From the NCBI GenBank assembly GCA_964351845.1, contig CAYGQJ010000013.1, forward strand, positions 7,182 to 71,181: a DNA stretch of 64,000 nucleotides, written 5' to 3'. Below, one piece after another: positions 19,073-30,510 of this stretch. This DNA comes from an uncultured Flavobacteriaceae bacterium. GTDB lineage: Bacteria > Bacteroidota > Bacteroidia > Flavobacteriales > Flavobacteriaceae. Every line of letters begins with the position of its first letter. Position 1 is the stretch's first letter. The position numbers and the translations under genes are program-made. The notes under the pieces are model-generated. The model was not told the origin of the DNA and did not search any database. It saw only the letters and a list, made by a program, of their open reading frames with translations.

Positions 19073-22000
19073 TTAGTTAAAGATATAACGTACTCCTATT
19101 TGTGCTTGCCATCTTGAAGACTGAAGACCGAAATCATCAACTTCTTCTACATTAAGACCCGTTGGGTTTCCTTCTGTATCGTACTCAAGGATACTATCTA
19201 CAAAGCTAAACACAGGTGTATCATCTGTAGAAACCGTTTGTAACGGCTGAACATTACTACGTACAAAGTTACGAACACCCCATTCTTTATTGATCAAGTT
19301 TGTAAAGTTGAAGATATCAAAAGATAATTGTAATGTATGCTTCTTGTCTCCTGACTTGAAGTAGATATCTTGTAAGATCTTTAAATCTACTACGTGATTC
19401 CAAGGTCCTCTAGATGCATTACGCTCTGCGTACTCACCTCTACGAGTTTTTAAATAATCATCATTTTCAATGAAGAAATTAAGACGTTCCCATTGTTGTG
19501 CTTGCTCAGCAGCATCTCCTGAGAATAGAATTTCACTAGCGTTTGCTGGCACATAGATTAATGCGTTGTCTCTAGAATCATCATTTAAAAGATCACGTCC
19601 TTCTCTATAGGTAAAACTATAAGGTCTTGACTGTGCTCCTTCATAGAAAAGACCAATTGTAGTCTTTCCTCCAAACTCGCCTCCGTAATTAATCTCGTAA
19701 GATGCATTTGCAGAAATACGACTTCCTAAAGCAAAATCAGAACGAGATAATGGAATATCAGAGTTCTTACCATTTACTGTCTGAATACCTCTCCATTGAG
19801 AGCTGTTCTGAGAAGAAGTACCATCAAATACTTTCTTAGAATCTCCGTATGCATACGTTACTTGTCCTTGGAAACCATTTGCAAATGGCTTTCTAATGGT
19901 AAGAGATGCGTTTGTAGCGTATCCTTCGTTCGTGTTTGATGCTAAGATAATTCTTCCGTACGTATCATCGATCTCATCACGACGATCATAGAAAGGTCTA
20001 TTATCTGCTCCTACATAAGATCCTACAGGATCTTTTAAGTTTAAGTTCTCATATCTGATATCATTTAAAACGTCAGTATAAGTGAAGTCAGCAGTAGCAA
20101 CTAATCCCCAGATTGGTAATTTTTGATCTACAGCGATATTAAACTTAGAAACTTGAGGTAATTTGAAGTTTTCAGCAAAAAGGTCAATGTTACCTCCTAC
20201 TCCTCCTGAACCAGCTGGAACAACTTGAGTCTGTTGGTTAACATCTGGCTGGAATGCTACTTGTCCGAAAAGGAAACTAAATCCTCCAGTCACACCATTG
20301 TTGTTATACGTTCCTCCAGGCCATACTAAAGGTAATCTTGAAGTAAATACTCCAATACCTCCACGTACTTGTGTTGTATTGTTATCGAATACATCCCAGT
20401 TAAATCCAATACGAGGTGCAATATGAGCTGTTGGAGTTACATTAGGCCCTACACGAGCACCTTGTAAATCTTTCCCTTCTGCTTCCAATAAAGGAATTGT
20501 ACGTGTATTAAAATCACCATTTGGTGTACCATCTTCCCAATAAGGAATATCTACACGAATACCTGCTGTTAACTTAAAGTTATCAGCCACTTGAACTTCA
20601 TCCTGTACATAGAAACCAGCTTGGAATGTTCCAAAATCTGCAGATCCCGCAGACTCATCACCTACTGTACCGTCACCTACTAAAGAATACCCATGTTGGA
20701 ATACATCTGCAACTTCTCCTGTTAAGAACTGGTTAAGACCTGAAGATGTTAAGTTTCCGTCATCATCAAATTGATCTTCAAATGTGTAATCTCCAAAGTT
20801 AAAAGCAAAAAATAAGTTCTTTGCAGAAGCCCACTCTAAGTTAGCTCCTAATGTCACTGTATGACGTCCAGCAAAAATCTCGAAGTTGTTGTTGATCGTA
20901 AAGATATCTTGCTCAAGTAAATTTGCTGTTGAGAAAGGCTCTGCTCCAAAAGAAATGGTACCAGCACCATCTTGAATATCTACCGTAGGAAATGGATTTC
21001 CAGCTGGATCACGATCGTCATCTACTTTCGTATATCCTATTTTAAGGTTGTTTGCGAATTTTGATCCAAAAGTAGCGTTCCACTCAAATGCTGCAGAATA
21101 CGTGTTTGTTTCAAATAACTCAGACCCATTAATGAATCCTATGTTTCTATTTCCAGAGCTACGTGCTTCAAGATTTTCAGCTTGTACAACTCCTAAACGT
21201 AAATATAGTTTGTGATTTTGACTTGCGTTTAAATCTAAACGTAAGTTGAATTTATCACTATCTAATGTTCTTGTGTTTGCATCAAAAATCCCTGGATTGT
21301 ATCCGTATTCTGACTGCAAGAAGTTTGATAAACCATTAATATCTTCTAATGAAGAATTTCCTGTGTAATTTGAAAAAGTAAAAGGCTGTGGCGTTTCATC
21401 TTCTTGACGCTCATAGTTTACAAAAACAAATAATTTGTCTTTAATAATAGGACCTCCTACACGCACACCGTACGTTAATGCAGAAAACTCATCTACTTTC
21501 TCACGCTCATCACCTGCGTCTTCATCTACAAGATCTACGGGTGTCTTACCTACTAAGCTTTCGTTTCTGTAAAACCCATAAGCAGATCCTTCCCAGTTAT
21601 TAGAACCAGAACGCGTTACTGCGTTTACAGATCCTCCAGAGAACCCTGATTGACGTACATCAAAAGGAGCAAGGTTAATTTGTACAGACTCAATAGCATC
21701 TACAGAAAAAGGATTCACCCCTGTCTGTCCACCATTTGTTCCTGATCCCGCAAGACCAAATACATCATTGTTTACAGCACCATCAATATAGATCGCGTTG
21801 TAACGGTTGTTTTGTCCACCAAGTGAGATAGAAAAACCATCATTCCCTTCTGTAAGTTGTGCAGATGGTGTTACACGAGCAAAATCTGCAAGAGATCTTG
21901 ATACCGTAGGTAGTGTATTAATGTCACGCTCAGAAATAGAAGTTTCAGAACCAGTTTTGTTACTGTTGAAAATTCCATTGTTTTGCGCTGTAATCACAAT

Positions 22001-22354
22001 CTCGTCAAGTGCATTTGCTGACTCTGCCATTGTGGTACTAACACGCTTAGACTCTCCTAAAGAAAGATTGAAACCCTCTTTTTTAAAGTCTTCAAAACCT
22101 ACATATGATATCGTTAAGGTATAAGGACCTCCCGATTTCATATTAGTAATACGGTAAAAACCGTCAAAATCTGTAACCGCTCCATAAACAGAACCGGTTG
22201 GTACGTGAGTAGCAATAATGTTAGCCCCTGGTAATGGACCCTCATTATTGTCTAATACTCGACCGTTAAGCGAACTCGTAGTTACCCCTTGCGCAAATGA
22301 CACAGCTGTCATAAAGAAAAGAGCAATTACGGATAAAAATGTAATTTTCTTCAT
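19073..22354 (-). CDS. Oar-like TonB-dependent receptor with carboxypeptidase-regulatory-like N-terminus
   Basis: QGVTTSSLNGRV, GQNNRYNAIYIDGAVNNDVFGL, RQSGFSGGSVNAVTRSG, C-terminal RWQAQIGVRYIFN. Confidence 0.88.
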   Translation of the reverse strand: MKKITFLSVIALFFMTAVSFAQGVTTSSLNGRVLDNNEGPLPGANIIATHVPTGSVYGAVTDFDGFYRITNMKSGGPYTLTISYVGFEDFKKEGFNLSLGESKRVSTTMAESANALDEIVITAQNNGIFNSNKTGSETSISERDINTLPTVSRSLADFARVTPSAQLTEGNDGFSISLGGQNNRYNAIYIDGAVNNDVFGLAGSGTNGGQTGVNPFSVDAIESVQINLAPFDVRQSGFSGGSVNAVTRSGSNNWEGSAYGFYRNESLVGKTPVDLVDEDAGDEREKVDEFSALTYGVRVGGPIIKDKLFVFVNYERQEDETPQPFTFSNYTGNSSLEDINGLSNFLQSEYGYNPGIFDANTRTLDSDKFNLRLDLNASQNHKLYLRLGVVQAENLEARSSGNRNIGFINGSELFETNTYSAAFEWNATFGSKFANNLKIGYTKVDDDRDPAGNPFPTVDIQDGAGTISFGAEPFSTANLLEQDIFTINNNFEIFAGRHTVTLGANLEWASAKNLFFAFNFGDYTFEDQFDDDGNLTSSGLNQFLTGEVADVFQHGYSLVGDGTVGDESAGSADFGTFQAGFYVQDEVQVADNFKLTAGIRVDIPYWEDGTPNGDFNTRTIPLLEAEGKDLQGARVGPNVTPTAHIAPRIGFNWDVFDNNTTQVRGGIGVFTSRLPLVWPGGTYNNNGVTGGFSFLFGQVAFQPDVNQQTQVVPAGSGGVGGNIDLFAENFKLPQVSKFNIAVDQKLPIWGLVATADFTYTDVLNDIRYENLNLKDPVGSYVGADNRPFYDRRDEIDDTYGRIILASNTNEGYATNASLTIRKPFANGFQGQVTYAYGDSKKVFDGTSSQNSSQWRGIQTVNGKNSDIPLSRSDFALGSRISANASYEINYGGEFGGKTTIGLFYEGAQSRPYSFTYREGRDLLNDDSRDNALIYVPANASEILFSGDAAEQAQQWERLNFFIENDDYLKTRRGEYAERNASRGPWNHVVDLKILQDIYFKSGDKKHTLQLSFDIFNFTNLINKEWGVRNFVRSNVQPLQTVSTDDTPVFSFVDSILEYDTEGNPTGLNVEEVDDFGLQSSRWQAQIGVRYIFN

Positions 22355-22529
22355 AATGAATTGATTGAATTAAGCAACGCAAAACTAATCAATTCTTCTA
22401 TCTGTTAAGATTATCACAACGTTAATTAATTAACATTAATGCTTTTTTTATAAACATAATAGGTTAATCAACAATAAAGTGTGTGTATTATTAATAAATT
22501 GTACTTATTAATAACTAATCCTTATTTTT

Positions 22530-24143
22530 TTATGCTTTTTTATACGAAATTAACAACTGCCTTGTAGACGCATCATGAACAGAGGATTCAACATCGTCAA
22601 AGTCGCTAAGCACTTGTTTAGCAAGCTGTTTACCAAGTTCTACACCCCATTGATCATAACTGTAAATATTCCAAATAACACCTTGTACAAAAATTTTATG
22701 CTCGTACATAGCGACTAAAGCGCCTAAAGTCTTTGGAGAAAGTGTATTTATGAGATAGGTAGTGGTTGGTTTATTTCCTTCAAAAACCTTAAAAGGGGTA
22801 AGCTGTTCTATACGCTTTCGCGAAAGCGAACTCTCCTTTAATTCATCTGTCACCTGAGCTTCAGTCTTACCGTTCATTAAGGCCTCTGTCTGTGCAAAAA
22901 AGTTTGCCATCAATTTATCATGATGATCTACATTGCCATGAAGACTTTTCTTAAACCCGATAAAATCAGCAGGAATCAGTTTTGTTCCTTGGTGGATTAA
23001 CTGGAAAAATGCGTGTTGTGAATTGGTCCCCGGTTCCCCCCATATAATATTCCCTGTTTCGTATGTCACAGGATTTCCATTGCGATCTACACTTTTCCCA
23101 TTACTTTCCATAATCGCTTGCTGTAAATACGCAGGCAATCTATGTAAGTATTGCGTATATGGAATAACGGCTTCACTTTCGGCACCAAAGAAATTATTGT
23201 ACCAAATACTTAATAAAGCGGTAATGACAGGGATGTTTTCGCCGAAAGGCTGTTCTTTAAAATGAACATCCATCTCCTGAGCACCTTTCAACAGCTCTTC
23301 AAAATGATCATATCCTACTGCTAGAGCAATAGAAAGCCCTACAGAACTCCAAAGGGAAAAACGCCCCCCTACCCAATTCCACATAGGAAAAATATTTTCT
23401 GATGCAATTCCGAAATTTTGGACAGCTTCTAGATTGGTAGATACCGCCACAAAATGACTTCCCACAGCTTCTTCTCCCAGCTGATCTACAAACCAAGCGC
23501 GTACCGTAGTAGCATTACTCAGTGTTTCTTGCGTGGTGAACGTTTTTGAAACGATAACAAAAAGTGTCGTCTCAGGATCAAGATCTTTTATGGTTTCCAT
23601 CACATGATCTCCATCTACATTTGAGATAAAGTGTGTGGTTAAATGATTTTTATAATACTGCAATGCCTCTACGACCATCACAGGCCCCAGATCTGATCCT
23701 CCGATACCTATGTTAACAACATCGGTAATCGCTTTTCCGGTAGCACCCGTATGCGCACCATCTATAATACTTTTTGTAAAGGTTTTTATAGCACCACGTA
23801 CGTCAGCAACTTCTTCTTTATGGTAAGCTGTTGTTGAAAAATCTCGTAAAGCAGTATGCATTACAGGACGATCTTCTGTTGCATTTATAGCTTCGCCTCC
23901 ATAATAACTAGCAATAGCTTCTGTAAGACCTACTTCTTCTGCAAGCTCAATGAGAAGTGATTTGGTTTCTTCTGTAATTCTATTTTTACTATAATCTACA
24001 AGAAAGTCCTTCCATTGTATCGTAAATGTTGCGGCTCTACCTTCATCTTTGAAGAGTTCCTTAAGGTGTGTGTCCTTTATGGTATCAAAGTGTGCTTGTA
24101 ATTTCTTCCAAGCATGTGTTTCTGTTGGGTTGATATTCTTCAT
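22530..24143 (-). CDS. pgi: Glucose-6-phosphate isomerase
   Basis: [53 protein letters not shown]. Confidence 0.98.
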   Translation of the reverse strand: MKNINPTETHAWKKLQAHFDTIKDTHLKELFKDEGRAATFTIQWKDFLVDYSKNRITEETKSLLIELAEEVGLTEAIASYYGGEAINATEDRPVMHTALRDFSTTAYHKEEVADVRGAIKTFTKSIIDGAHTGATGKAITDVVNIGIGGSDLGPVMVVEALQYYKNHLTTHFISNVDGDHVMETIKDLDPETTLFVIVSKTFTTQETLSNATTVRAWFVDQLGEEAVGSHFVAVSTNLEAVQNFGIASENIFPMWNWVGGRFSLWSSVGLSIALAVGYDHFEELLKGAQEMDVHFKEQPFGENIPVITALLSIWYNNFFGAESEAVIPYTQYLHRLPAYLQQAIMESNGKSVDRNGNPVTYETGNIIWGEPGTNSQHAFFQLIHQGTKLIPADFIGFKKSLHGNVDHHDKLMANFFAQTEALMNGKTEAQVTDELKESSLSRKRIEQLTPFKVFEGNKPTTTYLINTLSPKTLGALVAMYEHKIFVQGVIWNIYSYDQWGVELGKQLAKQVLSDFDDVESSVHDASTRQLLISYKKA

Positions 24144-24166
24144 TGGGTAGTCTTTACTATAGATTA

Positions 24167-25486
24167 TTATAAATCTTCTTCTTGAAGTGTGCTAGAGGCG
24201 CCTACACCTTCACCTTCACTGTCTGTTGCAAAAGGAATGGCTTCTAATTGTTTTTGAAGAGGCTGCATAATGCTGTCAAATATAGGCTTAAGATCTTCAG
24301 CAAGTGGCTCTGAAGCAGGTAAGTCTTCTTTAAAAGGATCTACTTGTCTACCATTTTTCCAAAAGCGATAACATACATGAGGACCTCCTGTATTTCCCGT
24401 CATCCCTATGGTTCCTATAACATCTCCTTGTCTTACAAAATCACCAACACGCACACTTCTTTTTTGCATGTGTAAATATTGGGTCTCATACGTTCCATTG
24501 TGCCGTATTTTTACATAATTTCCATTCCCTCCTTTACGCTCTGATTTTGTAACAGTTCCATCTGCTGTGGCAAGAATGGGAGTTCCAATACCTCCAGCAA
24601 AGTCAGTCCCTTTGTGAGGCCGAACTTTATAACCATAATATTTTATACGTCTTTTCAGATTATATCGAGAGGAAACTCTATTAAATTTTAAAGGACCTTT
24701 TAGGAAAGCACGTCTTAGATTATCTCCATTTTCATCAAAATAGTCAGAACCTCCTGGAAGGGAATCATTTTGAAAATGATAGGCATATACAGGTCTTCCT
24801 TTATGCTCAAAAACACTTGCTTTAATTCTCCCAATACCTGCAGGAACGGTATCATTCACAAAGCGTTCTTCATAAACTACTTTAAAGCGATCTCCTTCTT
24901 GAAGTTTAAAGAAATCTATTGTCCATGCATAAATATCTGCCATTCTATAGGCTACCAAGACATTGGTATCTAACTCATCAAAAGTAGAAGACAAATTACT
25001 ACTGATAACACCTGATATTTCTTTTTCTACAATGGTAATGGGATGTGATTTTTCTTCTGCAGTGAACTCATCTTGAAAATCTACTACTACGTAATCTTCT
25101 CTATTTTTTTCATAAATAAAGACTTGTGCCTTTTCTAAGGAATCCTTTGATTTTAATAATACATAAGGCTTTCCTGCCTTTATCTTACGTGTATCAAAAA
25201 CGTCTTGTATGGTATCTGAGATTTGCTGTATGGTTCCATACCCCACATGAGAATCAAAAAGAATTTTCCCAAAACTATCACCAGATTTTACCGTATCTCG
25301 CTGCACGATATAGTCATCTAAGACATACCCATAAGCCTCTACAGGTGGTTCTTCAATAATTTGCTCCTCATAAACAGGTGCTGGTTTCTCTTCTTTATCA
25401 CCACAAGCAACAAAGCTAAATGTTACTAATACGATCGTAAAAATGGTTCCTAATCTCACAGGTTTTATCATCTGTCCTTTATACAT
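24167..25486 (-). CDS. M23 family peptidoglycan DD-metalloendopeptidase (lipoprotein-like)
   Basis: [34 protein letters not shown]; true start may be the downstream Met (MIKPV). Confidence 0.9.
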   Translation of the reverse strand: MYKGQMIKPVRLGTIFTIVLVTFSFVACGDKEEKPAPVYEEQIIEEPPVEAYGYVLDDYIVQRDTVKSGDSFGKILFDSHVGYGTIQQISDTIQDVFDTRKIKAGKPYVLLKSKDSLEKAQVFIYEKNREDYVVVDFQDEFTAEEKSHPITIVEKEISGVISSNLSSTFDELDTNVLVAYRMADIYAWTIDFFKLQEGDRFKVVYEERFVNDTVPAGIGRIKASVFEHKGRPVYAYHFQNDSLPGGSDYFDENGDNLRRAFLKGPLKFNRVSSRYNLKRRIKYYGYKVRPHKGTDFAGGIGTPILATADGTVTKSERKGGNGNYVKIRHNGTYETQYLHMQKRSVRVGDFVRQGDVIGTIGMTGNTGGPHVCYRFWKNGRQVDPFKEDLPASEPLAEDLKPIFDSIMQPLQKQLEAIPFATDSEGEGVGASSTLQEEDL

Positions 25487-26417
25487 CTTGCCCCCAGTTT
25501 GCTAATTCTTCGGTAGTCCAAACCTCTGGAAAAAATATTCTGCGTTGGTATTTAGGGTGCATATATTTTGTCCATTCACTTCCACCTGTTGCTTCTACTA
25601 CGTGTTCTCCATTATTCAGGTAATGGTTTGCTGTGTGATAGTGTGACATCACCCAAGTTACATTCACCGTATAGTCGTAGTGTCTCATTGCTTTTAACAA
25701 TGTTGGATCATTTTGATCTGCTTCAGGTAGTGATTTGAATTTTGCGTACAAATTTATAGTATTATATTCTTTTGTAAATGCTATAAACTCATTTTTATAT
25801 TTTTCTTCAAATGCGTACAGTAAATAACTCTTCTTACCCGTGTTGTAGTCTTTTCCAGCTGCTTGCCAGTACAGATGCTCTAAGGCATGTTCATAGGGAG
25901 TGTTCCTATCTATGGTTTCGCGAAAGCGAGCGTCTATCAAATTAATTAAATCGGTACTTGCAAATTCTATTTTCCGGTATTGTGCGCTCTGAAATCCGCT
26001 GGCAGGCGTTAAGGTCTTTCTGAATTTCATATACTGCTCAAGATCCATCCCGTCTTTCATAATTGTAAAAGAGGAAGTCAAGATATCAAAGTAACGGCTT
26101 ATACGATCCAAGCGTGATGCAAAAAAAGCGACCGTTAGGTTTTTATGATGTGCAACTTGTTCTATTTCCCAAAGCACCATTTTAAAGAGGAGTTCATTGA
26201 CCTGATGGTACATGATGAACACGTTTTCATCGGGGAAATTTGTACGTGGTAGCTGGAGATTAAGTAAGGCGTCAGTATGGATGTAATCCCAATAGGTAAT
26301 GGGTTTGCTTTGTAATAAACCTTCCAGATGATCATCAAGGTCTTGATCTATTTTCTCATATTTATCATCAAGAGCATCAATAATACGCTCAATATCTGGT
26401 TCGATTTTTTTCTTCAT
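25479..26417 (-). CDS. kynA: Tryptophan 2,3-dioxygenase family protein
   Basis: YWDYIHTDALL, DENVFIMYHQVNELLFK, LTPASGFQSAQYR, TGGS. Confidence 0.88.
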   Translation of the reverse strand: MKKKIEPDIERIIDALDDKYEKIDQDLDDHLEGLLQSKPITYWDYIHTDALLNLQLPRTNFPDENVFIMYHQVNELLFKMVLWEIEQVAHHKNLTVAFFASRLDRISRYFDILTSSFTIMKDGMDLEQYMKFRKTLTPASGFQSAQYRKIEFASTDLINLIDARFRETIDRNTPYEHALEHLYWQAAGKDYNTGKKSYLLYAFEEKYKNEFIAFTKEYNTINLYAKFKSLPEADQNDPTLLKAMRHYDYTVNVTWVMSHYHTANHYLNNGEHVVEATGGSEWTKYMHPKYQRRIFFPEVWTTEELANWGQDV

Positions 26418-26426
26418 AGAATTTGG

Positions 26427-27239
26427 TTAATTATCTACTACAATCTTAAAGGAGTGCTTAAGCCCTTTAAAGGCTTCAAGATCTGCTTTTAGTGATCCTA
26501 CGGCAAGACTGGCTTTAATACGAATAGGCACTTTATTTTCATCATCACTTACCCAAACCGTAAGGCTTTCTTGTTCTTTAAAGACACGCCCAGATTGTAC
26601 CAAAGGTCTAAATTTAAGGCATCTTATTTTACCAAACTCCGTATTCATGACCTCACGTCCTAAAAAACGAAGTTTAAACGGATAGTTCTCACTATCAAAA
26701 AACATGGTAACACTCGTTTCATCTCCTTCTTTAAGGTTTGAAGTATCTAAATGGTTACGCAAATAATAAAAAGCAGACACCATGTCTTGCACTCCAATAG
26801 CAGCATCTACCGTGCTACGTGTATTATGCTTTCTATTAAAGATATGTGCTTTATGATTTTCTTGATCAAAGTCTATGACTTTGTCTTTGGTATGACCTCC
26901 TTCATCTATTTTTCGAATGAACTGATAAGGCAAATCTGTTTCTTTATCTATATAACTTTCGTAATAGTCTTCTACTTTGAAAAACCATCTAGAAACGCCA
27001 CTTGTTTCTCCATACCCTTTTACGTGATAGACAGGAATATCTTTATATTTTGCCTCTTCAACGGTAAGCGTAGCATATCCAGCAGTGATTAACCCATAAT
27101 GCACTCTAAATTTAAACCACTCTCCTTCTTGATAGGCTGGTTTTATTTCCTGCGCATTTCCTACCACAGTAACTAGTGTAAAAACGCCTATGAATAGTAA
27201 TTGTTTAATATGATGTACTGATATTTTCATGCTTGGCAC
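26427..27239 (-). CDS. DUF3108 domain-containing protein
   Basis: GEWFKFRVHYG, FFKVEDYYESY, IRKIDEGG, WVSDDENKVPIRIKA. Confidence 0.85.
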   Translation of the reverse strand: MPSMKISVHHIKQLLFIGVFTLVTVVGNAQEIKPAYQEGEWFKFRVHYGLITAGYATLTVEEAKYKDIPVYHVKGYGETSGVSRWFFKVEDYYESYIDKETDLPYQFIRKIDEGGHTKDKVIDFDQENHKAHIFNRKHNTRSTVDAAIGVQDMVSAFYYLRNHLDTSNLKEGDETSVTMFFDSENYPFKLRFLGREVMNTEFGKIRCLKFRPLVQSGRVFKEQESLTVWVSDDENKVPIRIKASLAVGSLKADLEAFKGLKHSFKIVVDN

Positions 27240-27292
27240 TATTTGGTTATCTAGGGGCGTATTTACAATAGTTATTCCAAAAATACTATAAT

Positions 27293-27325
27293 AAAAAACT
27301 TCGCCCTATAAAGGACGAAGTTTTT
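27293..27325 (-). terminator. Intrinsic terminator after hppD
   Basis: AAAAACTTCG-ccctataaagga-CGAAGTTTTT. Confidence 0.6.
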
Positions 27326-27356
27326 GTGCAAATATTGTGTTAAGCTCCTTATAAAA

Positions 27357-28517
27357 TTATAACGTACCTCGTTGTTCTTGTTCTCTCTCTATAGATTCAA
27401 AAAGTGCTTTAAAGTTCCCAGCACCAAATCCTTTGGCCCCCATACGTTGTATGATTTCAAAAAACAAGGTAGGTCGGTCTTCTAGAGGTTTTGTAAAAAT
27501 CTGAAGCAAGTACCCATCCTCATCGGCATCTACAAGAATTGAAAGCTCTTGTAATTTTTCAATATCTTCTTTCATTACCTTCATGTGCTCGCCGAGTCGT
27601 TGTGGGATATCATCGTAATAGGTTTGTGGTGGGGGTGGTAAAAATTCAATCCCGCGTGCTTTTAATTGTGCTACCGTTTTAATAATATCATCAGTAGCCA
27701 TAGCAAGATGTTGTACCCCAGAACCTTCATAAAAATCTAGATACTCCTCAATCTGAGATTTCTTAGGGGCTTTCGCAGGTTCGTTAATCGGGAACTTAAT
27801 GCGTCCATTACCGTTGCTCATCACCTTACTCATTAAAGCAGAATACTCCGTATGGATTTGTTTATCATCAAACGATAGGAAATTGACAAACCCCATCACA
27901 TCCTCATACCACTTTACCCATGTATTCATTTGCCCCCAACCTACATTTCCTACCATGTGATCTATGTATTTAAGACCTGTAGGCGTAGGATTATAATCAG
28001 ACTCCCAAGCTCTAAATCCTGGTAAAAAAGTCCCTTTATAATTTTTACGCTCTACAAACATATGCACCGTCTCTCCGTACGTATAAATTCCTGCGCGTAC
28101 GGTCTCCCCATGTTCATCGGTTTCGACTTTAGGCTCCATATACGATTTTGCACCTCTTTTAGTCGTTTCTTCGTACGATTTTCGAGCATCATCCACCCAA
28201 AGCGCCACTACTTTTACGCCATCTCCATGCTTGACAATATGGTCGTTGATAGGAGATTTGCTGTTAAGCGGTGTTGTCAAAACAATTCTGATTTTATCTT
28301 GTTTTAACACATAGCTCACTTCATCTCTAGACCCTGTTTCTAATCCTTTATAAGCATACGATTGAAATCCAAAAGCAGTCTTATAAAAATGAGCTGCTTG
28401 CTTTGCATTCCCTACATAAAACTCCACATAATCTGTCCCTAACAAGGGTAAGAAATCTTGTGCTCCTTCAAATATTTTTTCTAGTCCGTAATTTACGGGT
28501 TGTATATCCTTACTCAT
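27357..28517 (-). CDS. hppD: 4-hydroxyphenylpyruvate dioxygenase
   Basis: IDHMVGNV, KFPINEP, SQIEEYL, GVQHLA, LLQIFTKP, FFEIIQR, GFGAGNFKALFESIE. Confidence 0.97.
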   Translation of the reverse strand: MSKDIQPVNYGLEKIFEGAQDFLPLLGTDYVEFYVGNAKQAAHFYKTAFGFQSYAYKGLETGSRDEVSYVLKQDKIRIVLTTPLNSKSPINDHIVKHGDGVKVVALWVDDARKSYEETTKRGAKSYMEPKVETDEHGETVRAGIYTYGETVHMFVERKNYKGTFLPGFRAWESDYNPTPTGLKYIDHMVGNVGWGQMNTWVKWYEDVMGFVNFLSFDDKQIHTEYSALMSKVMSNGNGRIKFPINEPAKAPKKSQIEEYLDFYEGSGVQHLAMATDDIIKTVAQLKARGIEFLPPPPQTYYDDIPQRLGEHMKVMKEDIEKLQELSILVDADEDGYLLQIFTKPLEDRPTLFFEIIQRMGAKGFGAGNFKALFESIEREQEQRGTL

Positions 28518-28522
28518 GATCC

Positions 28523-29032
28523 TTAGTTTTCTATAATTTTTATTTCTTTTATTTCTTCAATAAACATTGAGTCTATCATCAACGTATCTTTTTCAAATTC
28601 TTCAAATTCATAATCTTCTTCGCCTTCATAAATACTATCCGTTTCTTTTAGTAGATGAGGATATTTGTCAAGTAAAACTTCCCTATCTAATGTGTCATAA
28701 AAATTGTAAATTCCAGAACCCATATAGATAAACCCTATTAAAATAGATGAAAAAATAAGTCCACCAAAGACTAAGGTAATGATATTTACAACCCTCGCCG
28801 TAGCGACATTATCTCTTGATCTTTTTAAATATATCTCATGGCTCTCTTTATATAATTTTAAACTTTTAGTAGCCATCACAAGGCCTATGATAGATATGAT
28901 CACTGGCATAATAGATAACAATGCAAATGGAAAGAAAGCGACAGATAAGCAGCACCCACCTACGCTCACTAAAAGTGATATAATGCCTAAGATTAATGCT
29001 AACGGATCTGCAGGTAATTTACTTTGCGACAT
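28523..29032 (-). CDS. CCC-motif/DUF4190-like membrane protein
   Basis: LPADPLALILGIISL...GGCC, three hydrophobic helices, acidic tail. Confidence 0.65.
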   Translation of the reverse strand: MSQSKLPADPLALILGIISLLVSVGGCCLSVAFFPFALLSIMPVIISIIGLVMATKSLKLYKESHEIYLKRSRDNVATARVVNIITLVFGGLIFSSILIGFIYMGSGIYNFYDTLDREVLLDKYPHLLKETDSIYEGEEDYEFEEFEKDTLMIDSMFIEEIKEIKIIEN

Positions 29033-29081
29033 GTATATTATGTTAGACGCTTTTGTATTTCGATGGTCTCAATGTTGACTT

Positions 29082-29117
29082 CGCTTTCGCGAACCTGCCT
29101 GACGGCAGGCAGGAGCG
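29082..29117. repeat. Palindrome A split by a 20-nt B insert
   Basis: CGCTTTCGCGAA|CCTGCCTGACGGCAGGCAGG|AGCG. Confidence 0.9.
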
Positions 29118-29140
29118 TACTATTACTACTTAAAATTAAA

Positions 29141-30301
29141 TTAATGATCTAGCCATGACTTGTGATAGTCCTCATCGGCTATTTCCATAGCGGCTTCACA
29201 CACTTTTAAAGGCTTAAAGGTATCGACCATCACCGCCAATTCTTCAGTTCCTTCTTTTCCGATACTCTTTTCTACCGTCCCAGGGTGTGGACCATGTGGG
29301 ATTCCAGCGGGATGCAGTGAAATATGACCAGCATCCACATCAGCTCTACTCATAAAATCTCCATCTACATAATACAACACCTCATCACTATCTATATTAC
29401 TATGATTATACGGTGCCGGAATACTTTGTGGATGGTAATCATACTTACGAGGCACAAAACTGCACACCACAAAAGCATCCGTCTCAAAAGTTTGATGCAC
29501 GGGTGGTGGCTGATGTATACGCCCTGTAATAGGCTCAAAATCATGAATACTAAACGCATACGGATAGTTATATCCATCATATCCTACCACATCAAAAGGA
29601 TGAGAGGCGTAGACCATCTCAAAAATATCATCTTGCTTTTTGACTTTGATTAAGAAATCTCCTTTCTCATCATTGGTTTCTAACTCATACGGCTGGCGTA
29701 AATCACGCTCACAAAACGGCGAATGTTCTAATAATTGCCCAAACCAATTACGATATCTTTTGGGTGTATATATAGGACGTCGTGATTCGACAATAAAAAG
29801 TCGGTTATCTTCGGTGTCAAAATCTATTTTGTAAATCACCCCTCGCGGAATCAAGAGATAATCGCCATATTTAAAATCCAAATTCCCTAAATGCGTACGC
29901 AGTTTTCCTGACCCTTTATGAATAAACAAGAGCTCGTCTGCATCGGTATTTTTATAAAAATAATTCTGTGTTTTTTGTTTAGGTGCTGCCAGAATGATTG
30001 TACAATCACTATTGGTCAACACAGGTTTACGACTCTCCAGATAATCCTGTTCTGGCTTAATCTGAAACCCTCTAAACCGATAGGATTTTATACTATTTTC
30101 TAAGGCAATTTTTGGTGCTACAGAATATTGCTTGCGGATCTCTTTAACCTGCGTAGGACGATGCACATGATAACTATTGGTACTCATCCCATCAAAACCA
30201 ATGGTTCCAAATAGTTGTTCTGAATACAGTTCTCCATCAGGTTTACGGAACTGTGTATGTCGTTTAGGAGGAATCTCTCCTAACTTGTGATAAAATGGCA
30301 T
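29141..30301 (-). CDS. hmgA: Homogentisate 1,2-dioxygenase
   Basis: MPFYHKLG.IPPKRH, NTDADELL, HQPPPVHQTF, PYNHSNIDSDEVLYY, HPAGIPHGP, ELAVMVDT. The ORF track extends to 30346, but MPFYH at 30301 is the likelier start. Confidence 0.93.
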   Translation of the reverse strand: MPFYHKLGEIPPKRHTQFRKPDGELYSEQLFGTIGFDGMSTNSYHVHRPTQVKEIRKQYSVAPKIALENSIKSYRFRGFQIKPEQDYLESRKPVLTNSDCTIILAAPKQKTQNYFYKNTDADELLFIHKGSGKLRTHLGNLDFKYGDYLLIPRGVIYKIDFDTEDNRLFIVESRRPIYTPKRYRNWFGQLLEHSPFCERDLRQPYELETNDEKGDFLIKVKKQDDIFEMVYASHPFDVVGYDGYNYPYAFSIHDFEPITGRIHQPPPVHQTFETDAFVVCSFVPRKYDYHPQSIPAPYNHSNIDSDEVLYYVDGDFMSRADVDAGHISLHPAGIPHGPHPGTVEKSIGKEGTEELAVMVDTFKPLKVCEAAMEIADEDYHKSWLDH

Positions 30302-30510
30302 GGTATTGTATAAGTTTAGATTGCTATTAAAGGTACTTAAAATCAAGCAATCAATGACTATTCTGGGTTTCTCTTTATGAGAAATTTCAGTAACAATGGG
30401 AGGTATGTCCAGCTTTTGTTTGACATTGCGATAAAGATACGGGTTTTTTATATGTGTTTGGTATGTGTTTTACACGCTTTCGCGAAAGCATATAAAGCAT
30501 CACCATTTTT

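Noticed and set aside
19073-22354. TBDR as the SusC of a polysaccharide utilisation locus
   Set aside because: It has Oar-type motifs, no adjacent SusD or CAZyme genes, and is followed by a terminator.
22530-30346. pgi-M23-TDO-DUF3108-hppD-hmgA cluster as a novel pathway
   Set aside because: The enzymes are standard and, from recall, this gene order is common in Flavobacteriaceae. Nothing in the sequence points to a new function.
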